Shown here: piece by piece, positions 1-12,700 of the stretch | Position numbering within the stretch: position 1 is the first letter of the stretch | Layout: the number at the start of each line of letters is the position of its first letter | Source of the DNA: Eledone cirrhosa | Lineage: Eukaryota | NCBI GenBank assembly: GCA_964016885.1 | Contig: OZ024741.1 | Coordinates: 342,984,001 to 343,048,000, forward strand | Length of the DNA: 64,000 nucleotides | Direction: 5' to 3' | Program-made: the position numbers and the translations under genes | The notes under the pieces: model-generated | The model's database searches: none | What the model was told of the DNA's origin: nothing | Seen by the model: the letters and a program-made list of their open reading frames with translations, nothing else

Positions 1-3000
1 TGGTCGATAGATATCGACTAGATTTTCCAACTGTGCCAACCTGGACTTGGACGAACCACAGTGGTCAATCTAGATCGTACTTAGATAGATTCTTAGTTAG
101 AAGTAAGGATAGGGACATATTAAGCTGTCCAGAAATGCTCACGGTTGGCTATACGGATCACAAATTAGTGACCTGCGTAGTCAATCTTGAGAAAACACAT
201 AAACAGGGTCCCGGTTACTGGAAACTTAATTTGTCTTTACCGGCAAAAGAGACTTACAGAAACCGGATTAGCAGATTAGTTAAGGAGAGGTTGACGGGTG
301 CAATCGTCAACAACCGATGGTGGGCATCTCTCAAAAGAGAGATTAGAACAGAATCAATAAGTTATAGCAAGATGTTAGCTGCCGATAGGAATAGAAACGA
401 GAAAGAATTAACAGGTAAATTAGAAGAGGCAATCAAGAGCGAAGATGTGGCCAGAGTGCTGGCATCGAGGACGGCAAAGCACGAAGGCTGCGTCATTCGA
501 AGTAAAATACGTGCTCTCGGTAATGAGGGGGCCAAAGCCGTTGGCTGGGCCCGCGTGACAGAAGCTAAGAGTGGAAATCGATCCACCATCCGGTCTTTGC
601 AAGACGAGGATGGACGGGTGATCCGGGAGCCTAAGCAGATGTGCGAGGCCTTTCAAAGGCACTTTGCCCGATTATACGGGGGAGGCGAGGGCCCGGGCGG
701 GGAATGGATTTCGGTCCATACCTCGACGGCCTGCCGCGTCTCTCGAGCGAAGAGGGAGAGTCCTGCGAGGGACCAATCTCGGCTGATGAGATCAGGGATG
801 CGCTGAGCCAATGCAGCAGACGCAAATCTCCAGGTCTCGATGGTATACCTTACGAACTTTATTTAGCAATGCCGGTCTTCTCCGAACTCCTCGAAGCGGT
901 CTACTGCAATTGGCAGCAGAACGGGAGAATTCCTTGTTCTGTAGCCAAGGGCGTAGTCTCGCTGGTGAGGAAGGACGAGAACAAGGGGGATAGTATAAAT
1001 AATTTTCGGCCCATAACCCTGCTAAACACAGAGTTAAAGATTTTGGCCAAGGTGTTAGCAAAGAGGTTGGCGCTTGTCGTGGGTGGCCTGGTGGGAGATG
1101 TGCAGACATGTGCTATCCCATCCAGGTCCATTCACGATAACCTCCACCTCATGCGATACATCACAGAGAGGGTTAGCAACAAACCTGGCTTCGGTGGGGC
1201 CCTGATCAACTTGGATCAGTCTAAGGCCTTCGATAGGGTCGACCATGATTACCTGGATGCGGTGCTAGTGGCGGCTGGGTTCGGTCCTGTTTTCAGAGGC
1301 TTGATCACTGCCTTACATAGCAACCACATCTGTTCTAGGATCAAGGTAAACGGCTACCTTTCGAAGCCGTTCGAAATCACACGATCCATTCGACAGGGGT
1401 GCCCTCTCTCCTCCCTTCTGTACGCATTGACTCTCGAGCCTTTACTGAGGAAGTTGGAGTTGTTGCAGGGTATCCCCCTGGAACCAGGATTGAGCAAAGC
1501 GGTGTCGGCCTACGCCGATGACGTAACAGTAATGGTATCGACCGACTCGGAGATCGAGGCGATCGGTACCTTACTGGAGGATTACGAAAGGTTGTCAGGA
1601 GCGAAACTGAACCGGGAAAAATCCATCGGGCTGCAACTCGGAACGTGGAGAGGCAGACCGATGCCTCCCGACGGTGTCGTCGGACACTGGACGGAGGGCC
1701 CGGTGAAGTTGCTTGGGGTCTGGTTTGGACCGGACCTCCAGGTGGAAAAGAACTGGGACGAGGTTACGAACAAGGTGTTTGCACTAACCCAGAAATGGGC
1801 CAAGTGTAAGCTGTCCCTAAAAGGTCGGGCGGAGGTGGCGAACATTTACATAGCGTCCGTCATTTACTACCGCCTGACTGTCGTGCCTTGCCCTAAGGAA
1901 ACACTCACCACCATGGAACGCATGCTCTTCCAATTTCTTTGGAAGAAGCGCCCTCCTATGGTGAGAAGATCCATCTGCTGCCAACAACCTTCGAAAGGAG
2001 GGCTGGGGATGCCGTGGTTGATGATGCGTAGGCACGCATTAAGGCTACGGCACCTACAGGTATTCCTGACTGGTCAACCGGTGTGGGCTCCGTTCGTGAA
2101 ACGAGCCTTTCCGAGACTCGTCTCGCTCACCGAGCTGCAGTCCTGGGTCAAGCAAAGATCCGGAAAACTGGGAGACTGGCACACTGAGTGTGCCCAGGCG
2201 CTCAGGGCTCTCTGGCAAGCGGGCCCGGCCATCGGTGGAGAATCCACCTCATCATTCTATAGAGGGCTGGTGGCTAGCAGGGGCGATGACACCCTTGGAG
2301 AGTCGCTGGACATGGAAGAGGACGAACTGGCCAGCCTGTTCGGTAGGACTTTCGGCCCGGGACCAATGGACAACTTCCAGAAGTCACTAGCCTGGCAGTG
2401 CTACCGGGGGGGCTCTACCCGTTCGAGAGAGGCTCTACAGACACGGGCGCCCGGGCAGGGATCCCTCGAAAAAGATTTGCCCTAGATGCGTGCGTCACGT
2501 AGAAACCGTTGCGCACGCATTGGTGCATTGTCCGGGCGTTGCTGATCTGTGGGGCTACGCCGAACGACTGCTGTCGCGGGTGGCGCCGATTCGATTGACC
2601 GTCGAGTCCGTGATGACAATCAAGCCGCCTCCCCTCTTCACAAAGGAAGCAAAGGCGGTTTTTCTGTGCGTAATAGCCATGTTGAAAGAGGTTGTTTGGT
2701 GGACACGATTGAAAGGTCTGAGGTCAGGCAACTTCCTCTCTGGCCATAGTCTGGTCTACTTCTTCCGATATCACTTCGGAAGAAGGATAAGAATGGAGAG
2801 AGAGTTGCTTGGCCACAGGCAGTTTTATGAAAGGTGGGTGATAGTGGCGAGAATGGCTCGTGTAAATGGGCCTTCTCTGTATACCATCCTGTAGGTAAAG
2901 AAGTGACGGAGAGGGGAGCACCTTCTCCATGTGCTCCCCGGGCAAAGGATTGCACACTTTATCGGGGGTGTGTGCAACCCCCACCACGTCCCCTCCCTTT

Positions 3001-3134
3001 TGAAGTTGTTTTCGATTATTTTCATTTTATACCCTTTTTACTCGGTTTTATGTAAACTCCCACTTTGTATTGTCCCTTCTTTTTATGCCTTTATGGTAAA
3101 AAAAGAAATCTATCTATCTATCTATCTATCTATA
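1..3134 (+). mobile_element. L1/Tx1-clade non-LTR retrotransposon, copy 1 (cut by window start): end of APE domain, RT, C-terminal Cys/His motif, 3' UTR, (ATCT)n tail; frameshifted
   Basis: ORF pieces 33-806, 641-2485 and 2490-2894 carry SYLDRFLV/TDHKLV (APE), FRPITLLN, DQSKAFDRVDH, QGCPLS, AYADDV (RT) and CPRC...HALVHC; tail tctatctatct at 3109-3131. Confidence 0.93.
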
Positions 3135-3135
3135 T

Positions 3136-3193
3136 AAACTGCCCCGATTGTACTTGTCCCACTCTTTGATACCCTGGTGGCAAATAAAAAGAA

Positions 3194-3240
<47 letters not shown>
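3136..3240 (+). mobile_element. Isolated 3' end of a related Tx1-like element followed by (TC)n
   Basis: ttgtacttgtcccactctttgataccctggtggcaaataaaaagaaa resembles the Tx1 3' end at 15032-15078. Confidence 0.6.
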
Positions 3241-3292
<52 letters not shown>

Positions 3293-3509
3293 TTTATATA
3301 TATATATATATATATACACACAGAAATATTAAAACAATGAAATTAAACACAGAACTGTTAATTCATAGTAAAACCTCATTATTTTATTATCGTTTCTGGG
3401 GGGTAGTTCTCTGTATATTCATTCAATTATTGATCTATGTAAAACATATTACAAAATATCATAGTAAGAATAAGATACATTCGTCTTCACTACCCGCCGT
3501 CTTCAGAAA

Positions 3510-3695
3510 TAATTGTTTCTACTTTAGGCACAAGTCCAGCAATTAATCAGTGCATTACTGGTACTTTATTTTATCCACCCCATAAGGATGAAAGGCAAAG
3601 TCAACACCGCGGGATTTGAACTCAGAACGTAAAGGGACGTAACTATGCTGGAAAGCATGGCGTCTGACCCTCTACCGACTAAACCCAGACCATCT
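3510..3695 (-). mobile_element. tRNA-derived SINE family A
   Basis: Minus strand has B-box gagttcaaatccc and body gactttgcctttcatcct...ataaaataaagtaccagt; seven copies or fragments in the window. Confidence 0.85.
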
Positions 3696-4501
3696 TCTCC
3701 TAAACGGTGTTCCTCTGAAATTTTCTCCATGTGTATTTATTTCCTTACAGGTGTCAACTCGACAAACAGCAATTTAAACAATCAACATCATTAATTTCAT
3801 CGTTCTAGCAGGGCATGATTAGGTTAACAGCACTGCCCATGACCCCCCAGCATCTAACAAAACAACATCAACAACAACAAACAAAAAACAAACAAAAATC
3901 GACGAAAAAACAAGCAAACACAAAAAATAAATAATCAAAGAGCTTGGACCATTTTCGGTGTTGCCGTCTCATATTTTCGTTTTGAAAATACTGTAATTAC
4001 CGTAATATTGATTGGCCTTTAAGCATTGTATTTTTTATAAATTTATATTTTACATTATATTTCTATAATGAAAGCCTGTTGAAGATTAGCGGCATTCTTT
4101 TATTTGCTTAATAGTCTTTTACTGATTTCAGTGATTAGACTGCGGCCATGCTGGATCACATACATTATATGGGCTTAATCAATTATATCGACCCTAATAC
4201 TTGTTTCAGTCTGGTACATAATTTATCGATTTCTATTTTTTCTTTCTTAGCTTGTTAGAGTTAACATCACTCGGTTTCACACCAACAGCCAGTATGTGTG
4301 TTTGTTTGCTTGTGTGTGTATGTATGTATGTATGTGTGTGTGTATATGTGTGTGTGGACTATAGACGATTTCTCAAAAACTAGATTTGAAATAAAGCCAC
4401 CAAAAACATACAATAAACATAAGGTTACACATTTCAGTGGTGGTGGTTGTAATGGTGGCGGTGATGTTGGGCTACAGTTGATTGTATCCACAATACTTAA
4501 C

Positions 4502-4879
4502 TATTCTCAGGTCTTGAATAATTGCCCCGCCCACCGCCCATTAATTTTTCAGATTTTTTTCCAACCCCCTCACTTTTATTCCAACTTCCCTCCACTTATT
4601 AAATTTTACTGCTCTATCTCCGGCGAAATTTTATTGTAAGTGATTCATATTGATACAGCAGCTGGAGATTCTAATAATAATTTTATTTTACATAAAAAAA
4701 GGCACATTATATATGACAAAAATAGAACATTACAAGAAATCCCATATTTACGAACGTATACTATACAATTAACGATTTCCCAACTCACCCGTTTATCCTC
4801 CACCCCTGTCGCTTATAAGAATTTAAGGAAATGTCCAAACTCCCCGCTTATTCCACCACCCCTATCATTTCGGAGAGTA
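4502..4879. mobile_element. Possible degenerate MITE or DNA transposon remnant
   Basis: Short inverted ends tattctc...gagagta and repeated internal ccccgcttatt-like motifs. Confidence 0.3.
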
Positions 4880-5042
4880 ATTATTTTTTCGATCCCATAA
4901 CGAAAAAAATCATAGTTAATATTAACAAGATTTGAACCCAGAAATTAAATGTTCAAAATTAAATACCGCAAGGTATTTCATCCAGAGGCAAAACCAGGGA
5001 AAATATTGCCTACAACAAGCAGTGAAATTGCGTCCCTGCCCA

Positions 5043-5367
5043 GCACTATTTCTAACTCGAAGACCCCCTTCGGTCACGAATGACCATAGGATTTGCTCCT
5101 AGAAAGTTTCCTTCCGAAGCACAAGTCCGGGCAAAGTTGTTTGAGGAAGACCAGCAGTCGCCCATGTATACCAGCGTCTCCTCTCCACGCCACCGATGAT
5201 GTCCAGCGAAAAAGAAAAACAAAGCTATGGCCGATACAACTTGACACCAGTAACGTGAAATAAATTGTCTTGCTCAAGGACACAACGCATTTCCCGGTCC
5301 GAGAATCGAACTCACCACCTTTCGATTGCAAGCCCAATGATCTAACTACTAAGCCTTGCGCCTTCAC
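5043..5367 (-). mobile_element. tRNA-derived SINE family B
   Basis: Head gtgaaggcgcaaggcttagtagttaga...gagttcgattct then gtgtccttgagcaagac; head shared with 61048-61422. Confidence 0.85.
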
Positions 5368-5922
5368 ATTTATAACTGTGGTCCTAATAATTCATATAAG
5401 TAGTTTAGTGATCCAGCCACCATAGTGCTTCTTACCCATGTTAATCAAAGACAGATTATACATCTCACTCTCCGACGATAGCTTATCTGGCTTGAACAGA
5501 AAGTGCACTTAGTTCAAGTGGCGCCCCCTTCATGTGGAGCCCATGACACGAGTCATGCTTGGTATATACACCCTAGTTACGCCTCTCATTTCATTCGACT
5601 ACTCTATACTGATTCTGTCAATTTATTTCAGCAAAAATACATTGTTGGAAAATTCAAAAGACAGACAGTGTACACAAATAACAAAATGACATCAGATAGA
5701 ATAGCAAAATTATAAGCCGATAGTGGAAGGAAACTTGACAACATGAACGGTGAAAGATGTATTCAAGTTCAGTGATAACGAATGATATACATAGACAAAA
5801 TGATTCTCATGATTATTTCTATACAAACAGACAACAATAGCAGCTAACAACACTAAGATAATTAAATCCACAAGACTGGAGAAGATCTTTAAAATTGTGA
5901 AATAAGGACGTTTACCCATCCG

Positions 5923-5988
<66 letters not shown>

Positions 5989-6079
5989 CACACACGCATA
6001 TATATAAATATATACACACACACACTCTCATATATATATATACACACACACATACATATAAACACATACACACACACAC

Positions 6080-6110
<31 letters not shown>

Positions 6111-6120
6111 CATATGTATA

Positions 6121-6152
<32 letters not shown>

Positions 6153-6686
6153 AATGTGTGTGTGTATGAGTTTATATATATATATATATATATATATTAG
6201 ACATTTTACGGACAAGATGGTTCCTTAACAGTCAGACTACCATTATAGAGGTTTATGAACTCATGATAGCTTTTGTGACTTCAAAGTGTTTTATGAACAT
6301 TTTACTCCTGATATACACCGAATCACCAAAAAACCCGATATTTATGGAAACAGACAAAATATAGACAAGACGAATAAGTTCAATTTGTTTGGCAAATTTC
6401 ATTGCATGAGTTCTCAAATTACGGAAATGAACATTAAAAATGGAATTAAAATTAATTCACAGAAATGGGATTTTAAAGTAGTTATTGAAATAAATATATT
6501 GTAGATACGTCAATAAATGTAAAACGGATGAGGTTTAGACCCCCCACCACATATATATACACACACACACACACACATGTATGTATGTATGTATGTATGT
6601 ATGTATGTATGTATGTATGTATGTATGTATGTATGTATACATATACACACACATACATATATATACATACATATATATACATATAT

Positions 6687-6901
6687 GTGGCTGAGTGGTT
6701 AGAGAATTAGATTCGCAATCGTGAGGTTGTGAGTGTGATTCCCGGACCAAGCGATGCGTTATATCCTTGTGCAAGATACTTTATTTCACGTTGCTCTTTC
6801 TGCCTGGATTTGCAATAGTATTAGCAAATGGAAAGACCAAGGGAAACATTGTTTCCTCGGTCCGATTTGACGAGGTCTGGGATCTTGTCGATCATCGACT
6901 G

Positions 6902-6905
<4 letters not shown>
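6687..6905 (+). mobile_element. tRNA-derived SINE (B-like head, different body)
   Basis: A-box gtggctgagtggtt, then atccttgtgcaagatactttatttcacgttgctc; reverse-strand relative at 18093-18308. Confidence 0.8.
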
Positions 6906-6971
<66 letters not shown>

Positions 6972-6974
<3 letters not shown>

Positions 6975-7168
6975 CGAAGGAAGTGTGGTAAGGAACCAGG
7001 TGGACCATAACGCACCTGAGTACTCAATACTTAGGGTAGTAGAGTGGGTAATAGGAAGATGTTCAAGACCCCGATGGCAGAGCTCAAGCTGTTTCGACGG
7101 CTATTTCTGGACAGAAATAGCCGTCGAAACGACTTGAGCTCTGCCGTCGGGGTCTTGAACATTTTCCT
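6972..7168. mobile_element. Short (TA)-flanked element ending in a ~100-nt near-perfect hairpin; relatives at 8730-8850 and 45380-45450
   Basis: gttcaagaccccgatggcagagctcaag...cttgagctctgccgtcggggtcttgaac (7061-7161). Confidence 0.7.
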
Positions 7169-7185
7169 ATATATATATATATATA

Positions 7186-7420
7186 TTAAAAATTCTAAGA
7201 AAGTCAAGGATGAGAAATTATCATTTATTCATAAATTTCTACGAACGTTTTCAATTCGGCTAAAATACAACATCCATTTGCAGGGCAGCTGGAGATAATT
7301 ATTGAATAATTATTTCCAGTTGCTCTTCAAATAGCTGTGATACTTTAGCTGCATTGAAACTTTCCTAGAAGTGTATGAATAAATGATTATTTCCTATCCT
7401 TGAATTTCTTACAATTTTAA
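7186..7420. repeat. Old imperfect palindrome, centre ~7303
   Basis: cagctggagataattatt-g-aataattatttccagttg, with arms decaying outward. Confidence 0.7.
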
Positions 7421-7864
7421 ACTTTAAATGCTTTGCTACCAGAACCGCCTTTAACAATAGGATATTTTAACGACCGATATCTTAAACGTCCAATATTTAC
7501 TCTAGAGAGATAGAGGACGGTTAAGTGGATTGAGCTTATCTCATTTTACCAAAGAATATAGTGAAGTATTACATTATAACCACTTATATTAAATATATAT
7601 ATATATATATATAAATATATATATATACAAAATTAAATTAAGGGTGTCATGTCCGAGACAAGGGTTATATCCACCGTAGAATAAGCTCAAAGATTCCAAT
7701 GAATAGATCAGAGAATTTTATATCAACTAGAATGTGTGTAGTTTTAAAAATGTGTAGGTTTAAAAATGAGAAAATATAAGCTTTCACCATATTTTTGACT
7801 AAAGAAAATTTTAGCCTGATAGTGGGGTTCAGAACCCTCAGAGAAATGGAAAAAGATGAGTATT

Positions 7865-7935
7865 GACGTACATAGGAGTCGAACCCACATGTTTGGTTAT
7901 CCAGACCACTGTGCTACCATTACACCAACACATCA
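7865..7935 (-). pseudogene. tRNA-like sequence inside a ~260-bp tandem duplication (7770-8185)
   Basis: Minus strand GATGTGT TG GTGT AATGGTA GCAC A GTGGT CTGGATA ACCAA ACAT GTGGG TTCGACT CCTAT GTACGTC A; second 5'-truncated copy at 8124-8177. Confidence 0.55.
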
Positions 7936-8297
7936 GACATCTCCTTCTATTCAAATTAGAAGCTACATTCTTAGCGAGTTTAAATGGCAAGTAAGTATGT
8001 TTTGAAACAGTGAGCAGGTTTGAAATTAGAAAATAGAATAGCTTTCACCGTATTTTTGACTAAAGGAATTTTAGCCTGATAATGGGGTTTAGAACCCTCA
8101 GAGAAATGGAAAAAGATGAGTATTGACGTACATGGGAGTCGAACCCACATCTTTGTTTAATCAGACCACTATGCTACACATCCCCCATCCCCCATCTCCT
8201 TCCTAAGCTACATTCTATATGTTTGCAAGGCTTTTCATATGAAATCGTGTGACGAAAAAAATATTGTTATACTTGTAAAAATGGCGTAAATTTTGCA

Positions 8298-8509
8298 ATA
8301 CAATGGGAGGAAACATAATAGTACCACTGATGAAATCACAGATGTGTGACGAAAGAACTTTGATAGACTATATATATATATAAACATTGATTTCCAAATA
8401 AATTAACTATGGCGATATAAATAACACAGAATCGAAAACCAACTAAACAGTGAGTGTGTTCTGTTATTATTTCTGGCAATATTATTACAATATGACCCTC
8501 CCCAAGTAT

Positions 8510-8510
<1 letters not shown>
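8298..8510 (+). mobile_element. PLE 3' terminal fragment with minimal HHR-like motif (8325-8362)
   Basis: CTGATGA A ATCACA GATG TGTGAC GAAAG; homologous to 46292-46560; ends tatgaccctccccaagtata then (TA)n. Confidence 0.75.
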
Positions 8511-8569
<59 letters not shown>

Positions 8570-8854
8570 ATAGAACCAGTTTAAAACCATTACTCAACAG
8601 AGTACTTTATAATACACGCACACGTACGCACACAAACGCACACACACACACACACACATCCTACAAATATTGCCTGTTCAGGTAATTCAAGTGTGTCTAC
8701 ATTTTTGGGGGACATCCTATATATATATATAACGAAGGAAATGTGGCAAGGAACCAGATGGACCATAACGTACCAAAGTACTCAATACTTAGGGTAGTAG
8801 TCCAGAATTAGCTGTCGAACCGGCTTGAGCTCTGCCGTCGGGGTCGTACTTGTT

Positions 8855-8890
<36 letters not shown>

Positions 8891-8928
8891 CTATACATAT
8901 CTATATCTATCTATCTATCTATCTATCT

Positions 8929-9775
8929 GGCACATGGGTGACTGGCACATCGAATGTGCTCAGGCGCTCACAGTCCTCTGGCAAACGGACCCGGTGATCA
9001 GTGGAGACTCCACTTCGACATTCTATAGAGGGTTGGTCCGCAGCAAGCGCGACGACGCGCTCGGAGAAACTCTACGCGTAGAGGAGGACGAACTGGCCAG
9101 TCTGTTCGGTAGGACCTTCCGCCCGGGACCAATGGACAACTTCCAAAAGTCCCTGGCCTGGCAGTCCTACCGAGGAGCTCTACCAGTTCGAGACAAGCTC
9201 TACAGACACGGGCGCCCGGGCAGGGACCCTTCGAAAAATATCTACATGTCGCGGGTGGGACCAATCCAGTTGCCACCGAGTCCATTGTCATGATCAAACC
9301 GCCACCCTCCTTCAAAAACGAGGGAGAGGCGGTTTTCCTATGTGTTATGGCTATGGTGAAAGAGCTTATATGACTGACGAGGTTAAAAGGGCTGAGGTCA
9401 GACACCTTTCTCTCCGGCGAGCAACTGATTCGTTTTTTCAAATATCATTTTGGAAGAAGAATCAGGATGAAAGGTGGGTGAATGTGGTAAAGATAGCCCG
9501 AGTGGTTGGGCCTTCTCTCTATATAAGCATGTAGGAAGGGAGTACTCACTCTTGGCGCTCTTGGAGATGAGGTTTGTACATTTTTTCGGGGTGTGTACAA
9601 CCCCTGTGTAACGCCCCCCCCCCCCCTATTGGGGATTTCAATTGTTATTTGTTATTTTTTCAATAGTTTTATTTTCATATACCTGTATGTAAACTCCCCA
9701 TTTGTATTTGTCCCCTTCTTTTGTGCCTTTGTGGCTAATAAAGAAATTTATCTATCCTATCTACCTATCTATCTC
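8929..9775 (+). mobile_element. Tx1 copy 2: 5'-truncated, internally deleted, (ATCT)n on both sides
   Basis: GDWHIECAQAL...GPMDNFQKSLAWQ matches copy 1; (ATCT)n at 8897-8928 and 9749-9774. Confidence 0.9.
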
Positions 9776-12700
9776 CGGATCTCACAACGGCTCCTCGAGT
9801 ATTGGAGATATTACGTGTTAACAGTAAGTGTTTGTCTGTATTCTTGCGTTATTGTGTTAATTAACCCCCTTGCCTGGGTCTTCGGACATTAGGGTTAATT
9901 TATTGCACCTCTTTTGGACTGAAATTTTTCATCCTAAAAATCTTGCAATTGTCTCTACGCTAGTGGTAATGGAAGCCATTACCACAGGTAACGATGACAC
10001 GCCCACTAAACAAAATGAAGGAGAGCCGGTAGCGGAGGCAACAAGCCTCCCTACTGAAAGAATAATGATTATTAGAAACATTGAAAAAAATGGAGCCTAA
10101 CCCTAATAAAAAAAATGTGAAAAAAATTGACTCGGAGAAATTGCCAAAATTAATGGATGCCGTTTCGACTTTTCACGGTGCCACGCCCACCAGCAAAGCT
10201 GAAAGAGAACTAGTAGCTGTAACTACAAGTCTCTCGGATACTGAAAATATAAGTGAACATTTTGAAAAAATGGAGTCTAGCCCCAACGGGGAATAAAATG
10301 TGAACGCATACACCAAACTAAATAACACAAACGCAACAAAAAATGAAAATTGTAACAACAAAAAAAACAAGAAAACCACATTTCGACAAATGTAAACAGA
10401 GAGGGGGCGAACAAAATGACGTTCGCGCAAAGCATAAAAAAAACTATCGTGTACGAACCTATTGACATTTCGAACATGGCACAGCAAATGGAAAATGCAG
10501 AGAAGTATATAACTTTGGAGGAGAATGGTCTATTTTCTTTAAATTCTCCCCCAGAGCTAAAAAAGGAGAATAGCTTAAAAACTATTATTTATAGGACAAT
10601 ATCAAACAAAACCCGTAAGCCAGTACAACTCACAAAGACAGAGATTGAACTGGCTTTAAAAGATCATCTGAAAAACATTGTATTCATTCGGAAGGATAGA
10701 CTCTACGGTAGTCTATCCATCCCAATGAAAGATAAATTGACGTCCGAAAAAGATTCCCTGGCCCCAATTGTGTCCCCCTTATTTACCTTCTTCCCTACTT
10801 ATTTGGGAAGAAAAACACAAAGATTGACCATACACAGTATCGATCCAGATATTGATTTCTGGGCGGTACTGTGTGGCCTCCTCGACTTGAAAGAGGATGC
10901 AGTAATTTCGGTAGGTAAGTCTTCCAGCAACGTGTTCGGTGGAACTAACCTGCAAGTTCTGGTGCAAATGCAGCCAGAACGAATTGCTAGGATCCCCGAC
11001 CGCATATTGCTGGATGGGCTTGCATACTTGCACATCACAGTGTAGGGTAGACGACCCGCTTGTTACCTCTGTGGTGGCAAAGGTAACCCGAGGGCTGCCT
11101 GTTCCCAAGCAAACAAAAAAACACCGATTTTGCCCACACCAACAACTACAACACTAACAACACAACCTCCACCACCACCACAAAAAACAACTAACACCAC
11201 AAGTTAAAACACAACTGAACCCCCCCCCCCCACACACACAGAAAACAAATACAATAACACCCACACTACAAACACGAGCCGAAAATAAACCCCTCCTCTC
11301 GAATACGGAAGACGACCCCCTTTCGTCGTCCGACGAGGGGGGGGGGGCACTTTCATAAAGTTAAAAGGAAAAAAATAAAACACACCACAGGAACACAAAT
11401 ACAAAAAACTCCTCCCCAAGACATAACACAGACATCAACACAAAAAAACACACAACAACAGCAAACAAAAAACATCAAGCAAAAAGAAAAATTTGCATAT
11501 ACTTACATAAATACAATAAACAAAAAACTGTTAAACGTTATTTATAATAACAACTTAATAAAAACCGAAGGTTCGAATTTCGCACAAAAAATGATAAAAG
11601 CCCCAATGGACATTTACAAAACGTTAAAAGACACTTTTAAAGAGGACGTGGGTCCTCCCTGCGTCAGACCAACCGTGTCCTTCTAAAAAATTACGCCCCC
11701 CCCCACAACTCCAAACACCCCAACCCCACCACACACTGATGCCCCTACACTTCCACAAACCACCACCCCACCCAACAACCAATCCCCCACCCCCGTGGAA
11801 ATTCTGTGGCCCGGTCCCCGGGACGCAGAGAGGTAAGTGTCTTTTCCCTTTACCACCAACATGGCTGTGTTGAGAATAGGTTGTCTAAATGCGCGTGGCC
11901 TGGGCTCACCTTGGAAGCAAGCAATGCTTCTAAATGACCTCAGGTAACGATGTATAAATGTGATGGTTATTTGCGAGGCCCGGATCAGCAGCGTGCGCCA
12001 GCTGGGCCCCACCTTTGATGACTTTGAGATGCACGCATCTCTCTGTCAGCCCGGAGGTAGGTGTGGGGTTGTTGTTCTGCTGCAAAAACATCTGGGTCTC
12101 GCTACACAGACGGTACACTTGGACCCGGAGGGTCGACTAGTGGTTCTGGACATTGGCAGTGGTGAAGGCGGAGCTTTTAGGCTGGTCGCCGTCTACGGCC
12201 CTTTTGGGTCAACGCGGCCGGACTTCTTCCATCGTCTGGAGACTTTTCTAGGGACGTCCCGCTCCTTGCTTTTAGTGGGGGACTGGAATGGTATCCTAGA
12301 TGCACGTTGGGACTATGTAGCGGCATGTCCTGATAAAGGGGGTTGTAACAGCCTCAAGGGGTTAATCGGCCGATTCGACCTGGCCAATAGATATAGACTA
12401 GATTTTCCGACTGTGCCAACCAGGACTTGGAAAAACCATAGCGGTCAATCTAGATCGTACCTAGATAGGTTGTTAGTTAGAAATAAGGATAGGGACTTTT
12501 TAAGTTGTCCAAAAGTGCTCATGGTTGACTATTCATACCACAAGTTAGTGACCTCCATGGTCAACCTTTTATAGAACGCATAGACAGGGACCCGGTTACT
12601 GGAAGCTAAACTTGTCCTTACCGGCAAGTAAAGCTTACAGGAACCGGATTAGTACATTAGTTAAGGAGCGGTTGACTAGCGCCATCGTCAACAGTAGGTG

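Noticed and set aside
7865-7935. Functional tRNA gene
   Set aside because: Weak acceptor stem, GGA anticodon without a long variable arm, and the duplicate differs in its anticodon
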